Shown here: positions 1 to 8,005 of the stretch, one piece after another
Numbering within the stretch: position 1 is the first letter of the stretch
How the letters are laid out: each line of letters opens with the position of its first letter
Origin: Ammonifex degensii KC4
GTDB lineage: Bacteria > Bacillota > Desulfotomaculia > Desulfotomaculales > Ammonificaceae
DNA length: 32,000 bases
Reading direction: 5' to 3'
Assembly: GCF_000024605.1 (NCBI RefSeq)
Contig: NC_013385.1
Location: 1,408,175 to 1,440,174 of the forward strand
Notes under the pieces: model-generated
The model's input: the letters and a program-made list of their open reading frames with translations, nothing else
Database searches by the model: none
Told to the model about the DNA's origin: nothing
Made by a program: the position numbers and the translations under genes

Positions 1-233
1 GACTCCAGGATGCAGCGCCACACGCGGCTGGGGACGTAGACGTCCTGCGGGCGGGAAAGCTTTGTGTCTAAAAGCTTCCACGCCTTGCCGGGGGAAGAGG
101 CCACGGCTTCCAGACCTTCAGGCGACCAGTACATCACCAACACCCGCTCCTGGACTCTGAGTCCCAGGGCGGTGAGGTTCTTCAAGGGCTCAACCAGCTC
201 ATCAGGGAGTCTCAGGCCGGTTGTCAGTATCAA
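1..233 (-). CDS. hypothetical protein, partial (runs off the window start)
   Basis: The minus-strand frame is open from TTG 233..231 to the window edge (ILTTGLRLPDELVEPLKNLTALGLRVQERVLVMYWSPEGLEAVASSPGKAWKLL...). The TTG overlaps the TGA of the upstream 31-aa ORF (cTTGAt). No family recognised. Confidence 0.3.
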   Translation of the reverse strand, partial: MILTTGLRLPDELVEPLKNLTALGLRVQERVLVMYWSPEGLEAVASSPGKAWKLLDTKLSRPQDVYVPSRVWRCILE

Positions 234-325
234 GGCGGGAGAGTGCCCCCCTTCACCTCATTCTTGAGCTTTTCCACCTCTGCTTTGGCAATCCGGTACA
301 TGCGCTTCTTGTGGTACTTCGACAT
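230..325 (-). CDS. possible 31-aa basic peptide (MSKYHKKRMYRIAKAEVEKLKNEVKGGTLPP)
   Basis: ATG 325..323 to TGA 232..230, with only a weak SD (GGTGA about 12 nt upstream). Its stop overlaps the start of the next ORF. Too short to be in the ORF track and very uncertain. Confidence 0.15.
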   Translation of the reverse strand: MSKYHKKRMYRIAKAEVEKLKNEVKGGTLPP

Positions 326-344
326 TTCCAGCAATCACCAAGGA

Positions 345-600
345 TAGTGCAGCAAACCGATTAGCTGTTAGCAACCCTCTAAAGAGAGTTCCCCCAAGTG
401 ACTTCCTCCCTACCCCTTAACGGGTAGGGCTTCCTAGCGGCACGTTCCCCTTTGCGGGTACTGATGCCGGGTTACACCGGTACAAGCGGCCCTTTTTGAC
501 CCGTCGCCGGAGGGCCTCCCGGAGGGGACCGTCACTACCGTCCCGACTACTCCAGGCGCCGCTTAAGCGGCCCTTGGAGATACTTGCACAAACCGGTTGT
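345..600 (-). ncRNA. candidate omega-RNA (reRNA) scaffold of the TnpB element
   Basis: Overlaps and follows the tnpB 3' end, where TnpB guide RNAs are normally encoded. Stems are dense: palindrome GCCGCTTAAGCGGC at the stop codon (~558-571), GACGG..CCTCCGGGAGG..CCGGCGACGGGTC, and the 408-429 hairpin. The exact ends and the guide could not be determined. Confidence 0.4.
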
Positions 601-1870
601 GCCTCCCGTCCCAGCGCCAGACCCGTACTTCCTTGAAGGTAAAAGGCTCGGCTCGGCCGGTGCAGCTGCCGAAGAGGTACTGCTTTAAGAGGTTGGCCGC
701 GCCGTTGAGGTCGGCTTGCAGGACCAGCCCGCACCTCCCGCACACCCATAAGCCCCGGTATCTCCGCCAGGCAGGGTTGCGGGCGCCGCAAAGGCAGCAC
801 GTGGAGGACGTGTTCTTCTCCGTCCAGGTGTCGGTCTCAATGTCCCGCATGAGGTTCTTGTAGCGCTGCTCCCTAGCCAACCGGTCGTAGGCCATATGGT
901 TGATCTTCTGACTGGCCTTCTTACCCTTCATTCCGGTACGGGCGGAGCAGCGCAGGCCCCTTAAGTTTCCTACCACCGCAAAGGCTACATCCTCTGCTCC
1001 GTCCAGTCCCGCGAAGGACTTTGTTAAAGTATGCTCCATCTGCCTTATGCAACGGTCGAGTCTCTTCAACACACGTACCTTCGCGGAAAGACACCTCTTC
1101 CACCTGCGGGAGCCTTCCTTTAGGCGGCCCATCTTTTCCTGGAACCCCGCTATGATTTTGTTCCTGTACTGCACCAGGGAAAGGAGCTCCCGGCATACAA
1201 ACAGGTCGAGTCGGCCATTGGATACAGCGCGGGCCACCAGAGCGGAGTTGTAGTCGTAGGCCGAGACGGCACCCGCACGGTGAACAGGCATCACTCCCAG
1301 GTCGAGGGTCACGTGGAGCACCAGGTTTTCCACGTTGCGGCGGACAACCGCCTTCACCTTGACCTCGACCGGGACGCCCTTCACCTCCGTGCCGTCCGGC
1401 AGGACGACCACGTCCCAGCCTTCGGGCAGCACGACCTTGACAGGCTCCTTCCCGCGTGAGAGCTTCAACACGAGGGTGTTGCCTTCAACGTCGAAGCCCT
1501 GCCTCTTCCAGGTGACGGTGCGGAGGTGGTCCTTCGGTTTGAAGCCCGGCGGGTTCATTTCCAGGTGGCCGTTTTCCCTGTGCTTCCGGTAGGCAGACAC
1601 GGCCTCGAAGTACTCTTCTACCACCGCCTGGGCCGACTGGGAGTGAAGTTCGCACCACGCGGCGAAGGATTTAGACTTTGTCTTGAGCTCTGCCTCCGTC
1701 GGCCAGCGGTTCTCCTGCCTGAAGGTCTCCCGGCTGTGCCAGACGCAGGAGTTCCAGATGCGGTTGACCGCCCGCATGACGGGCCGGAAGACCGGCACTA
1801 CTTCCAGGCCCAGCGGGAACTGTTTGGTCAAAAGGAGCCGGTGGGGGTGTGACTTATCGCTCCAGGCCAC
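563..1870 (-). CDS. tnpB: TnpB-like RNA-guided endonuclease (IS605 OrfB family)
   Basis: RuvC-I-like TLDLGV; Zn ribbon CCLCG...CGRCG; Ruv[15 protein letters not shown]. Start moved to the in-frame GTG at 1870, 8 nt after AAGGAGG, because the ORF-track GTG at 1879 overlaps the SD. Confidence 0.9.
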   Translation of the reverse strand: MAWSDKSHPHRLLLTKQFPLGLEVVPVFRPVMRAVNRIWNSCVWHSRETFRQENRWPTEAELKTKSKSFAAWCELHSQSAQAVVEEYFEAVSAYRKHRENGHLEMNPPGFKPKDHLRTVTWKRQGFDVEGNTLVLKLSRGKEPVKVVLPEGWDVVVLPDGTEVKGVPVEVKVKAVVRRNVENLVLHVTLDLGVMPVHRAGAVSAYDYNSALVARAVSNGRLDLFVCRELLSLVQYRNKIIAGFQEKMGRLKEGSRRWKRCLSAKVRVLKRLDRCIRQMEHTLTKSFAGLDGAEDVAFAVVGNLRGLRCSARTGMKGKKASQKINHMAYDRLAREQRYKNLMRDIETDTWTEKNTSSTCCLCGARNPAWRRYRGLWVCGRCGLVLQADLNGAANLLKQYLFGSCTGRAEPFTFKEVRVWRWDGRHNRFVQVSPRAA

Positions 1871-2306
1871 ACTTTTCACCTCCTTTCCCTTGGAAATCTG
1901 GCACTCGGGTTAATTGTAGCACAAAAACCTGGCCGCCGTGGCCGATCCGCCCGCCTTTATGGAGGCAGGTCTTCCCGCGGCGGGTTTTATAAACAAAGCG
2001 CCGGGCATTTTCCACCGGCACCTGCTCCGTGGCAGCAAGTATACCTACTGCCAGCGCCAAGTCGTAGGAAGGACCTTCCTTGCGCAAGTCGGCCGGCGCC
2101 AGGTTGGCGGTTATGCGCCTGGCCGGAAAATCAAAGCCCGAGTTGCGAATGGCTGCCCTTACTCTCTCCCGCGCCTCCCGCACCGCGGTGTCGGGCAAGC
2201 CCACAATTTCGAAAGCAGGTAGCCCGGGGGAAATATCCACCTCTACCTGCACCAAATATCCTTGTAACCCGTAAAGAGCCATGCTTTTGAGTACCGCCAA
2301 AGCCAA
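1854..2306 (-). pseudogene. comM: comM/yifB (Mg-chelatase-like competence protein) N-terminal fragment, truncated by the tnpB element
   Basis: The first ~105 aa match the ComM N-terminus ([76 protein letters not shown]). The expected GELSLDG and AAA+ domains are absent. The last ~45 codons read into the IS left end. Confidence 0.8.
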
Positions 2307-2322
2307 AGGCTTTTACCCCCAC

Positions 2323-2667
2323 CTACAGGACATTCCGTAAATGCCGCAGGCTCTTTATCTCCCCCGTGGCCGCGTCCCACGCCACGGCTATGACGTCGAA
2401 GCGGCAGGGGAGCTCGCGTCCGAGCCGCGCAAGAAAATAGCGAGCTACTTTCCGGAGTTTTTCCTGCTTGCGCCTGCCGATACTCTCCTCCGGCAAACCG
2501 AAGGCCAGATTGCTTCTGCTTCTGACTTCCACAAAGACTATCGTTTCCCCTTCACGGGCGATGAGGTCGATTTCTCCCCAGCGGCAGCGGTAGTTTCTTT
2601 CTATTATCTCCCAGCCGGCTTTCCGGAGATAGACGGCCGCCACCTCCTCGGCCCTCTTCCCACGCAA
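2323..2667 (-). CDS. yraN: YraN family (UPF0102) endonuclease-like protein
   Basis: 114 aa with GEIDLIA...IVFVEVRSR...FDVIAV, the typical YraN pattern. It sits in the conserved position after rnhB. Confidence 0.85.
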   Translation of the reverse strand: MRGKRAEEVAAVYLRKAGWEIIERNYRCRWGEIDLIAREGETIVFVEVRSRSNLAFGLPEESIGRRKQEKLRKVARYFLARLGRELPCRFDVIAVAWDAATGEIKSLRHLRNVL

Positions 2668-2674
2668 GCCCCTT

Positions 2675-3289
2675 TCATCCGTTTTTCTTATCCTCCCAAA
2701 AATGGCGCACCGGGGCGAAAGTGCGCCGGTGTAGAGAAACGGGGCCGTAGCGAGCCAGCAATTCTTTATGCTCCTTGGTAGGGTAACCCTTGTGCCGCTT
2801 GAAGTTGTACTGCGGAAAAAGCGGGTGTAGATCCTCCATCAACCTGTCCCGCGTTACCTTGGCCAGAATGGAAGCCGCGGCCACCGAGGCCACGCGGCTG
2901 TCCCCTTTGACTATGGTCAGGTGGGGCCAGGGCAGCGGGGGGGAAGAGTTGCCGTCAATCAGGACCATGTCAGGAGGGAGGCGGAGGGAGCACAAGGCAC
3001 GGTACATGGCCCGGAAGGTGGCCTCCCTTATTCCCAGGAGGTCGATCTCCGCCACCGACCCTATCCCTATGGCCCAGTCCTCAGCCAGCTCCACTATGCG
3101 ACAGGCCAGCTCCCAGCGCTTCTTGGGAGATAAAAGCTTTGAGTCTTTGAGTAAAGGCAGATCAAGTGAGGGAGGAAAGATTACTGCTGCGGCCACTACG
3201 GGGCCTGCTAGGGGGCCCCGGCCCGCTTCGTCAACCCCAGCTACGCGCCTGAAACCCTGCTCCCAGAACTTTTCCTCCCAGCGCTCCAT
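2675..3289 (-). CDS. rnhB: ribonuclease HII
   Basis: VAGVDEAGRGPLAGPVVAAAV, DSKLLS and GDSRVASVAAASILAKVTRD motifs. Confidence 0.95.
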   Translation of the reverse strand: MERWEEKFWEQGFRRVAGVDEAGRGPLAGPVVAAAVIFPPSLDLPLLKDSKLLSPKKRWELACRIVELAEDWAIGIGSVAEIDLLGIREATFRAMYRALCSLRLPPDMVLIDGNSSPPLPWPHLTIVKGDSRVASVAAASILAKVTRDRLMEDLHPLFPQYNFKRHKGYPTKEHKELLARYGPVSLHRRTFAPVRHFWEDKKNG

Positions 3290-3339
3290 ACTTCCATGGT
3301 AGGATAGCCACCCGGGGGAGTCAAGAAAATTAGAAACCT

Positions 3340-4623
3340 TTAGGCCATTCCGGGCTCCCGCTTGCGCCCTATGTTGGGATAGCGAACGATCTTATTCTCC
3401 CAGGTGCGCAGCACGACATGGTCTTCGTCAATGGCCAAGAGGTATTGAGGAAGGATGGGAATCTTCCCCAGACCCTGAGGAGCATTGATTATGTAAGTCG
3501 GTACGGCCAGGCCGGAAGTGTAGCCGCGCAGGTACTCCATGATCTCTATCCCTTCTTCGATCGGAGTCACGAAATGAGTGGTCCCCTTGACCAGCTTGGC
3601 CTGGAACAGGTAGTAAGGGCGCACCCGGATCTTTAAAAGTTCCTGGTTGAGCTTGCGCATGATAAAGGGATGGTTGTTCACCCCTCTCAGCAGAACCGCC
3701 TGGTTGCCTAGGACCACCCCAGCCTCGGCTAAACGGTCGCAAGCAGCCTTGGCTTCTTTAGTGATCTCTCGCGGGTGGTTGAACTGGGTATTGAGGTAAA
3801 TGGGCGGGTGCTTGGCCAGGATGCGGCACAAATTATCGGTTATTCGCTGGGGAAGCGTGACAGGCACCCTGGTTCCTATGCGCTTTATCTCCACGTGCGG
3901 TATCCGGTCAAGTTCGGTCAAAAGCCAGTCGAGCACCGAGTCGCTCAAAAGCAGAGCGTCCCCTCCGGTAAGCAGTACGTCCCGGATCTCCTTGTTCTGG
4001 CGGATGTACTCCAGGGCCTCCTCTAGTTCCCAGCGGGTGCGATCCCGGTCCACTTCCCCGATGTTGCGCCGCCGCTGGCAGTGGCGGCAGTACATGGCGC
4101 ACCGGTTGGTAACATTGATGATCAGGCGATCGGGGTAACGGCGGGTGATTCCTGGAGCAGGCGAGGTCCACTCCTCAGCCATGGGATCAAGTGAGCCTAC
4201 TTCGTCCTCCAGCTCGGCAGCGCTCGGCAGGGCTTGGCGACGAATGGGACAGGAAGGATCCTCTCCCATCAAGGAAAGATAATAGGGAGATACGGCCCAG
4301 CGGTAAACGCGCTCCACTTGCCGGATGGCCTCTTTTTCTTCTTGGGTTAGAGGTATAAGCTTCTCCAGCACCTCCACCGAAGTGATCCGGTTTTTGAGGT
4401 GCCAGCGCCAATCAGCCCATTCCGACTCGCCGATGCCGAAGTAGGCCATTATCCGCCGGCGGTTGCCCTCAATCTTTTCTGCCATCTCCAGGCCGCTGGG
4501 GATGGAAGCCTTAGCCTCCAGGTAATCTTTTATGCGCTCTTTGAGTTCTGCCGCCCTAGCCAGGGCAGCTTCTCTCTTTAACTTTTCTTCTTCCAGCTTC
4601 TCCTGGATGAGAAAAAGCCCCAT
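3340..4623 (-). CDS. kamA: lysine 2,3-aminomutase (radical SAM, KamA/AblA family)
   Basis: CAMYCRHCQRRR radical-SAM motif, WADWRWHLKNRI, SPYYLSL, LTGGDALL, and collinear similarity to clostridial KamA. Start set at ATG 4623, preceded by AAGGGAGGGGGAG. The ORF-track start at 4734 would lie inside the riboswitch/terminator. Confidence 0.9.
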   Translation of the reverse strand: MGLFLIQEKLEEEKLKREAALARAAELKERIKDYLEAKASIPSGLEMAEKIEGNRRRIMAYFGIGESEWADWRWHLKNRITSVEVLEKLIPLTQEEKEAIRQVERVYRWAVSPYYLSLMGEDPSCPIRRQALPSAAELEDEVGSLDPMAEEWTSPAPGITRRYPDRLIINVTNRCAMYCRHCQRRRNIGEVDRDRTRWELEEALEYIRQNKEIRDVLLTGGDALLLSDSVLDWLLTELDRIPHVEIKRIGTRVPVTLPQRITDNLCRILAKHPPIYLNTQFNHPREITKEAKAACDRLAEAGVVLGNQAVLLRGVNNHPFIMRKLNQELLKIRVRPYYLFQAKLVKGTTHFVTPIEEGIEIMEYLRGYTSGLAVPTYIINAPQGLGKIPILPQYLLAIDEDHVVLRTWENKIVRYPNIGRKREPGMA

Positions 4624-4644
4624 GGCTACTCCCCCTCCCTTAAG

Positions 4645-4673
4645 GCAAAATAAAAACCCCCTCCCCGGGGGTG
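4645..4673 (-). terminator. intrinsic terminator forming the riboswitch expression platform
   Basis: Minus strand reads CCCCCGGGGAGGGGG followed by TTTTTATTTT, located between the aptamer and the kamA SD. Confidence 0.6.
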
Positions 4674-4717
4674 CAGACTTTGGGCGTAGAGTCAGAAAAA
4701 GGGCGCATTTTCCCCTT

Positions 4718-4856
4718 TCTCTGCGGCTTTCCACGCTTACGGGGTTAGCTGACGGGTTCGGGTCGAAAGCCTGACCCTACCCGGCTGCAAAAAGCCGGGA
4801 TTCACCCCAAAAAGGTGGGTCCCCCGCTCCCTTCCCAGGGATTCAGCGTCCAGAGA
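4718..4856 (-). promoter_or_regulatory. c-di-AMP riboswitch (ydaO/yuaA class)
   Basis: The minus strand carries the blocks I recall as conserved in this class: GGAGCGGGGGACCCA, GGGGTGAATCC, GGGTAGGG and ACCCGAACCCGTCAGCTAACCCCGTAAGCG. A closing helix is formed by TCTCTG...CAGAGA. Confidence 0.8.
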
Positions 4857-4932
4857 TATTAAATTTTATTAAACTTCTGCTTAAAGCTTAACACGAAACC
4901 TGGTATCCTGTCAAATTCCTTGTTACTCCAGA

Positions 4933-5748
4933 CTATGCAACAGGATCCAGAGTGAAACGTCCTAGCCGCCCTTCCCGGAAATCTTTGAGCAAGGCCACCG
5001 CCGCCTTAACCCGGTCTACGCAGCCCCCTTCCAAGAAAAACCCCCGATACCTGCCCAATTCCTCCAAAAATTCCTCCGGCGCTTTTCCCGCCGCAAAAGG
5101 GTAGCGCTTGGCCAAAGCATCGGGATAGTGCTCTTGCAACCAAAAAGCCAACCACAAAGCTGCCGCTTCTACATCGATTACCTCTTCCTTGAGAGCACCA
5201 GTAACAGCCAGCTTGAGCCCTACCTCCGGGTCCTCGAAACGGGGCCAGAGCACACCGGGAGTATCTAGAAGCTCAAAGTTCGGGGTTACTTTAATCCACT
5301 GCTTCCCCTTCGTGACGCCGGGCTTGGCTCCCACCGCCGCTGCCCGCCCCCGAACCAGGCGGTTAATGAAACTTGACTTGCCCACGTTGGGAATCCCCAC
5401 TACCATGCCCCGTAAGATTCCTGTACGGCCGGGCTTGGCCACCCTCCGCAGGGCCTCTTCCAGCTTATTCAGTCCCTTCCCGGTGAGAGAGTTAACTGCC
5501 AAGGCGGGATGCCCTTCTCGCTCTAAGTAGGCAAGCCAAGCTCGGGTGGCCTGGGGGTCGGCCAAGTCCTCCTTGTTGAGCACTACCACCCGGGGTTTGC
5601 CCGCCAGAAGCTCGGCGATGTCGGGATTGCGGCTGGAGTAAGGTATGCGGGCGTCCAGAAGCTCAAAAACTACCTGTACTAAAGGTAAATGGGCCCGGAG
5701 CAGACGCCGGGCCTTAACCATGTGTCCGGGATACCAGTGCAGGGACAC
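4933..5748 (-). CDS. rbgA: ribosome biogenesis GTPase A (YlqF/RbgA)
   Basis: VSLHWYPGHMVKARR N-terminus, circularly permuted GTPase motifs (NKEDL ... GIPNVGKSSFINRL ... DTPG). Start set at GTG 5748, just after the lepB stop. The ORF-track start at 5886 overlaps lepB. Confidence 0.9.
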   Translation of the reverse strand: MSLHWYPGHMVKARRLLRAHLPLVQVVFELLDARIPYSSRNPDIAELLAGKPRVVVLNKEDLADPQATRAWLAYLEREGHPALAVNSLTGKGLNKLEEALRRVAKPGRTGILRGMVVGIPNVGKSSFINRLVRGRAAAVGAKPGVTKGKQWIKVTPNFELLDTPGVLWPRFEDPEVGLKLAVTGALKEEVIDVEAAALWLAFWLQEHYPDALAKRYPFAAGKAPEEFLEELGRYRGFFLEGGCVDRVKAAVALLKDFREGRLGRFTLDPVA

Positions 5749-5750
5749 CT

Positions 5751-6287
5751 TCAGTTGAGCACCCCTATGCGGTCGAGTGGCCAGTAGCGGAAGACGGCTT
5801 TTCCGATAATGTAGCGTCTCTCCAGCATGCCCCACACGCGACTGTCCTCGCTGTTCATCCGGTTGTCCCCCAGGACGAAATAGCATCCCGGCGGCACTTT
5901 AACCGGACCGTAGTCGGGGAAAACCGTGCCCGGCGGCAAGTAGGGCTCAGGAGTGAGGTGGCCGTTAATGTACAGGTGATTGTTGCGGAGCTCTACCACA
6001 TCTCCCCCTACTCCGATGATCCGCTTTATGTAGTCCTTCTTGGGGTTCAAGGGGTAGTGGAAGACGATGATGTCACCCCGCTGGGGGTCCTTGAACCAGT
6101 AGGCAAACTTGGCCACCAGTATACGATCCCCCTGCAGGAGCGTCGGGATCATGGAGCCCGAAGGAATGTAGAAAGGCTGAAGAAAGAAAGCCCGAATGAC
6201 AACTGCCAGGATGACCGCGATGACCAGGGACTCAATTATCTCCTGCCAATAACTCTTTTGCCCCTCGGCCAAGGCTCTCCCCAGCAC
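5751..6287 (-). CDS. lepB: signal peptidase I
   Basis: SGSMIPTL, KRIIGVGGD and GDNRMNSEDSR motifs, plus an N-terminal TM segment. Confidence 0.95.
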   Translation of the reverse strand: MLGRALAEGQKSYWQEIIESLVIAVILAVVIRAFFLQPFYIPSGSMIPTLLQGDRILVAKFAYWFKDPQRGDIIVFHYPLNPKKDYIKRIIGVGGDVVELRNNHLYINGHLTPEPYLPPGTVFPDYGPVKVPPGCYFVLGDNRMNSEDSRVWGMLERRYIIGKAVFRYWPLDRIGVLN

Positions 6288-6289
6288 CT

Positions 6290-6637
6290 TTATCTTCTCT
6301 CTTCGATGCGGGCAGCCTTACCCTTTAGCTCGCGAAGATAGTAAAGGCGCGCCCGCCGTACCCGGCCCCGCCGCACTACTTCTATCTTTTCCAGCCGGGG
6401 CGAGTAGAGCGGGAATATGCGTTCCACACCTACACCGTAGGACACCCGCCGTACAGTAAAGGTCTCATCGAGACCCCCGCCCCGGCGCCGGATCACCACA
6501 CCCTCGAAGACTTGGGTGCGCTCCCGGCCTCCTTCCACTACCTTGAAGTGCACCCGCACTGTATCTCCGGGACGGAAGTCGGGGATTTCCTTTTGCAGGT
6601 GCTCCTCATCAGCAAATACCTGTTTTAAATCCTGCAT
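6290..6637 (-). CDS. rplS: 50S ribosomal protein L19
   Basis: [30 protein letters not shown]...FTVRR...[14 protein letters not shown] 6637 is better spaced from the SD GAAGGTGG than GTG 6649. Confidence 0.95.
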   Translation of the reverse strand: MQDLKQVFADEEHLQKEIPDFRPGDTVRVHFKVVEGGRERTQVFEGVVIRRRGGGLDETFTVRRVSYGVGVERIFPLYSPRLEKIEVVRRGRVRRARLYYLRELKGKAARIEERR

Positions 6638-6691
6638 CTCGCTTCCCACCTTCCCTGTCAGATGAACCCTCTCGGCAAAAAACCGAGGAAC

Positions 6692-6720
6692 ATTATAACA
6701 CGCCGCGCATACCCTGACAA
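6692..6720 (-). promoter_or_regulatory. sigma-70/SigA-type promoter for rplS
   Basis: Minus strand reads TTGTCA-17 nt-TATAAT, in the gap between the trmD stop and rplS. Confidence 0.55.
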
Positions 6721-6726
6721 GAAGCT

Positions 6727-7485
6727 TTACACACCCAAGACTTCGATCCGTTGCTTAAGCTCCCTTAAAAACTTCCGATCTTCCTCGGTGAGCTCCGCCA
6801 GGCTCAGGAGGTCGGGGCGCCTCACCAGCGTCCGTAAGATAGACTCCTCCCGGCGCCAGCGGGCAATGCGGGCGTGATGCCCACTTGTGAGCACCTCGGG
6901 GACTTCTTCCCCCCGAAATACGCGGGGGCGGGTGTAATGCGGATGCTCCAGTAACCCTCCGGCAAAAGAGTCGGCCGCTGGTGCCCGCTCATCCCCTAGA
7001 ACCCCGGGCAGAAGACGAGCCACCGCATCGACTACCACCATGGCCGCCAGCTCCCCCCCGGTGAGTACAAAGTCCCCTATCGATATCTCGCCCGTGGCCA
7101 AGTGGCGGACGCGCTCGTCCACCCCTTCGTAGTGGCCACAGATCAGCACCAGGTGCTCCTCTCGCGCCAGCTCCCAAGCCAGGCGCTGGGAAAACTTCTC
7201 TCCCTGGGGGCAGAGCAGGATCACCGGGCCCAGCTTTCCTCCCCGCCGCTCCCTTATTGCCTCCAGCGCCAGGTAGATGGGCTCGGGGCGGAGGATCATG
7301 CCCCCTCCGCCGCCGAAAGGCGCGTCGTCTACCTCGCGGTGCTTAAAAGGAGAATAGTCCCGGATGTTCACTAGGTTGATCTCTAGAAGCCCTCTTTCCC
7401 GCGCCCGCTTGATTTGGCTCACGGAGAAGGGGCCTTGGAACATTTCCGGAAAAAGGGTGAGAATGTCGAAGACCAAAGGCATCAC
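6727..7485 (-). CDS. trmD: tRNA (guanine37-N1)-methyltransferase
   Basis: [33 protein letters not shown] and [11 protein letters not shown] motifs. Confidence 0.95.
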   Translation of the reverse strand: MMPLVFDILTLFPEMFQGPFSVSQIKRARERGLLEINLVNIRDYSPFKHREVDDAPFGGGGGMILRPEPIYLALEAIRERRGGKLGPVILLCPQGEKFSQRLAWELAREEHLVLICGHYEGVDERVRHLATGEISIGDFVLTGGELAAMVVVDAVARLLPGVLGDERAPAADSFAGGLLEHPHYTRPRVFRGEEVPEVLTSGHHARIARWRREESILRTLVRRPDLLSLAELTEEDRKFLRELKQRIEVLGV

Positions 7486-7995
7486 CTACAAAAGTCCTTC
7501 TGGGAGCTTTACCGTCATCTTCCGGCCGGGCACGTCCACCGAACATACAACCGTCTTAAGGGCGGGGATGAGAATTTCCTTCCCCTCCGGGGAGCGGACG
7601 CTAAAGACGTCGTTGGCCCGCGTGCTCAGCACCGCCTCTATCTTCCCCAGGAAGGCTCCTTCTTCGGTGAAGACCTCCATGCCGATCAGGTCGAAGATAT
7701 AGTAGTGCCCAGGGGGGAGAGGGTATACTTCCTCCCTGGGCACCTGCACCAGCCCCCCACGCAGAGCCTCTGCTTCCTCCATTCTTTCCACCCCGACCAG
7801 CTCCAGCAGGACGAACTTCCCGTGCAGCCGCGCCCTCTTTACCGTGTAGGTGGTGCGCCGGCCTTTAAGCAAGACCATGGCTTCTTTCATTCCCAAAAAG
7901 CGCTCCGGAAAGTCGGTCAGGGGTAAGACTTTGAGGGCCCCCCGGTAACCATGCGGGGCCACGATCTCCCCTACGGTTATAAAATCCGGCCGCAT
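7486..7995 (-). CDS. rimM: 16S rRNA processing protein RimM
   Basis: ITVGEIVAPHGYRGALKV N-terminus, a PRC-barrel-like C-terminus, and the conserved position upstream of trmD. Confidence 0.9.
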   Translation of the reverse strand: MRPDFITVGEIVAPHGYRGALKVLPLTDFPERFLGMKEAMVLLKGRRTTYTVKRARLHGKFVLLELVGVERMEEAEALRGGLVQVPREEVYPLPPGHYYIFDLIGMEVFTEEGAFLGKIEAVLSTRANDVFSVRSPEGKEILIPALKTVVCSVDVPGRKMTVKLPEGLL

Positions 7996-8005
7996 AAAGC
8001 CTCAC

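Larger units (their letters stand above)
340..1990 (-). mobile_element. IS200/IS605-family element carrying tnpB only (no tnpA); boundaries approximate
   Basis: Contains a TnpB ORF. GC-rich imperfect palindromes lie upstream of tnpB (1947-1984: CCCGCC...GGCGGG). A highly structured region lies downstream, including hairpin CCCTACCC-GTTAA-GGGGTAGGG at 408-429. ComM homology in the flanking ORF stops at about 1990. Confidence 0.7.

Noticed and set aside
417-800. 127-aa minus-strand ORF and the 597..863 plus-strand ORF.
   Set aside because: They overlap the tnpB 3' end and the structured putative omega-RNA region, have no SD, and are Arg/Pro-rich with low complexity.
1854-1990. C-terminal ~45 aa of the 150-aa ORF 1854..2306 as genuine protein sequence.
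   Set aside because: ComM similarity stops at about 1990. The remainder is read-through into the IS left-end palindromes, ending just inside tnpB.
4624-4734. ORF-track N-terminal extensions of kamA (start 4734). The same issue affects rbgA (5886), rplS (6649), the NapH-like gene (22042), the Nox/CoADR gene (24772), tnpB (1879), rgy (10472) and the aminotransferase (13921).
   Set aside because: The extensions overlap a riboswitch/terminator, an upstream gene, a promoter or the SD itself. Downstream in-frame starts have properly spaced GGAGG-type SDs and match family N-termini.
4690-4860. Lysine (L-box) or cobalamin riboswitch upstream of kamA.
   Set aside because: A lysine riboswitch was expected from the gene function, and GGTGAATCC superficially resembles a B12 element. 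However, there is no B12 box (GCCACTG) and no L-box core. The conserved blocks match the ydaO/c-di-AMP class instead.
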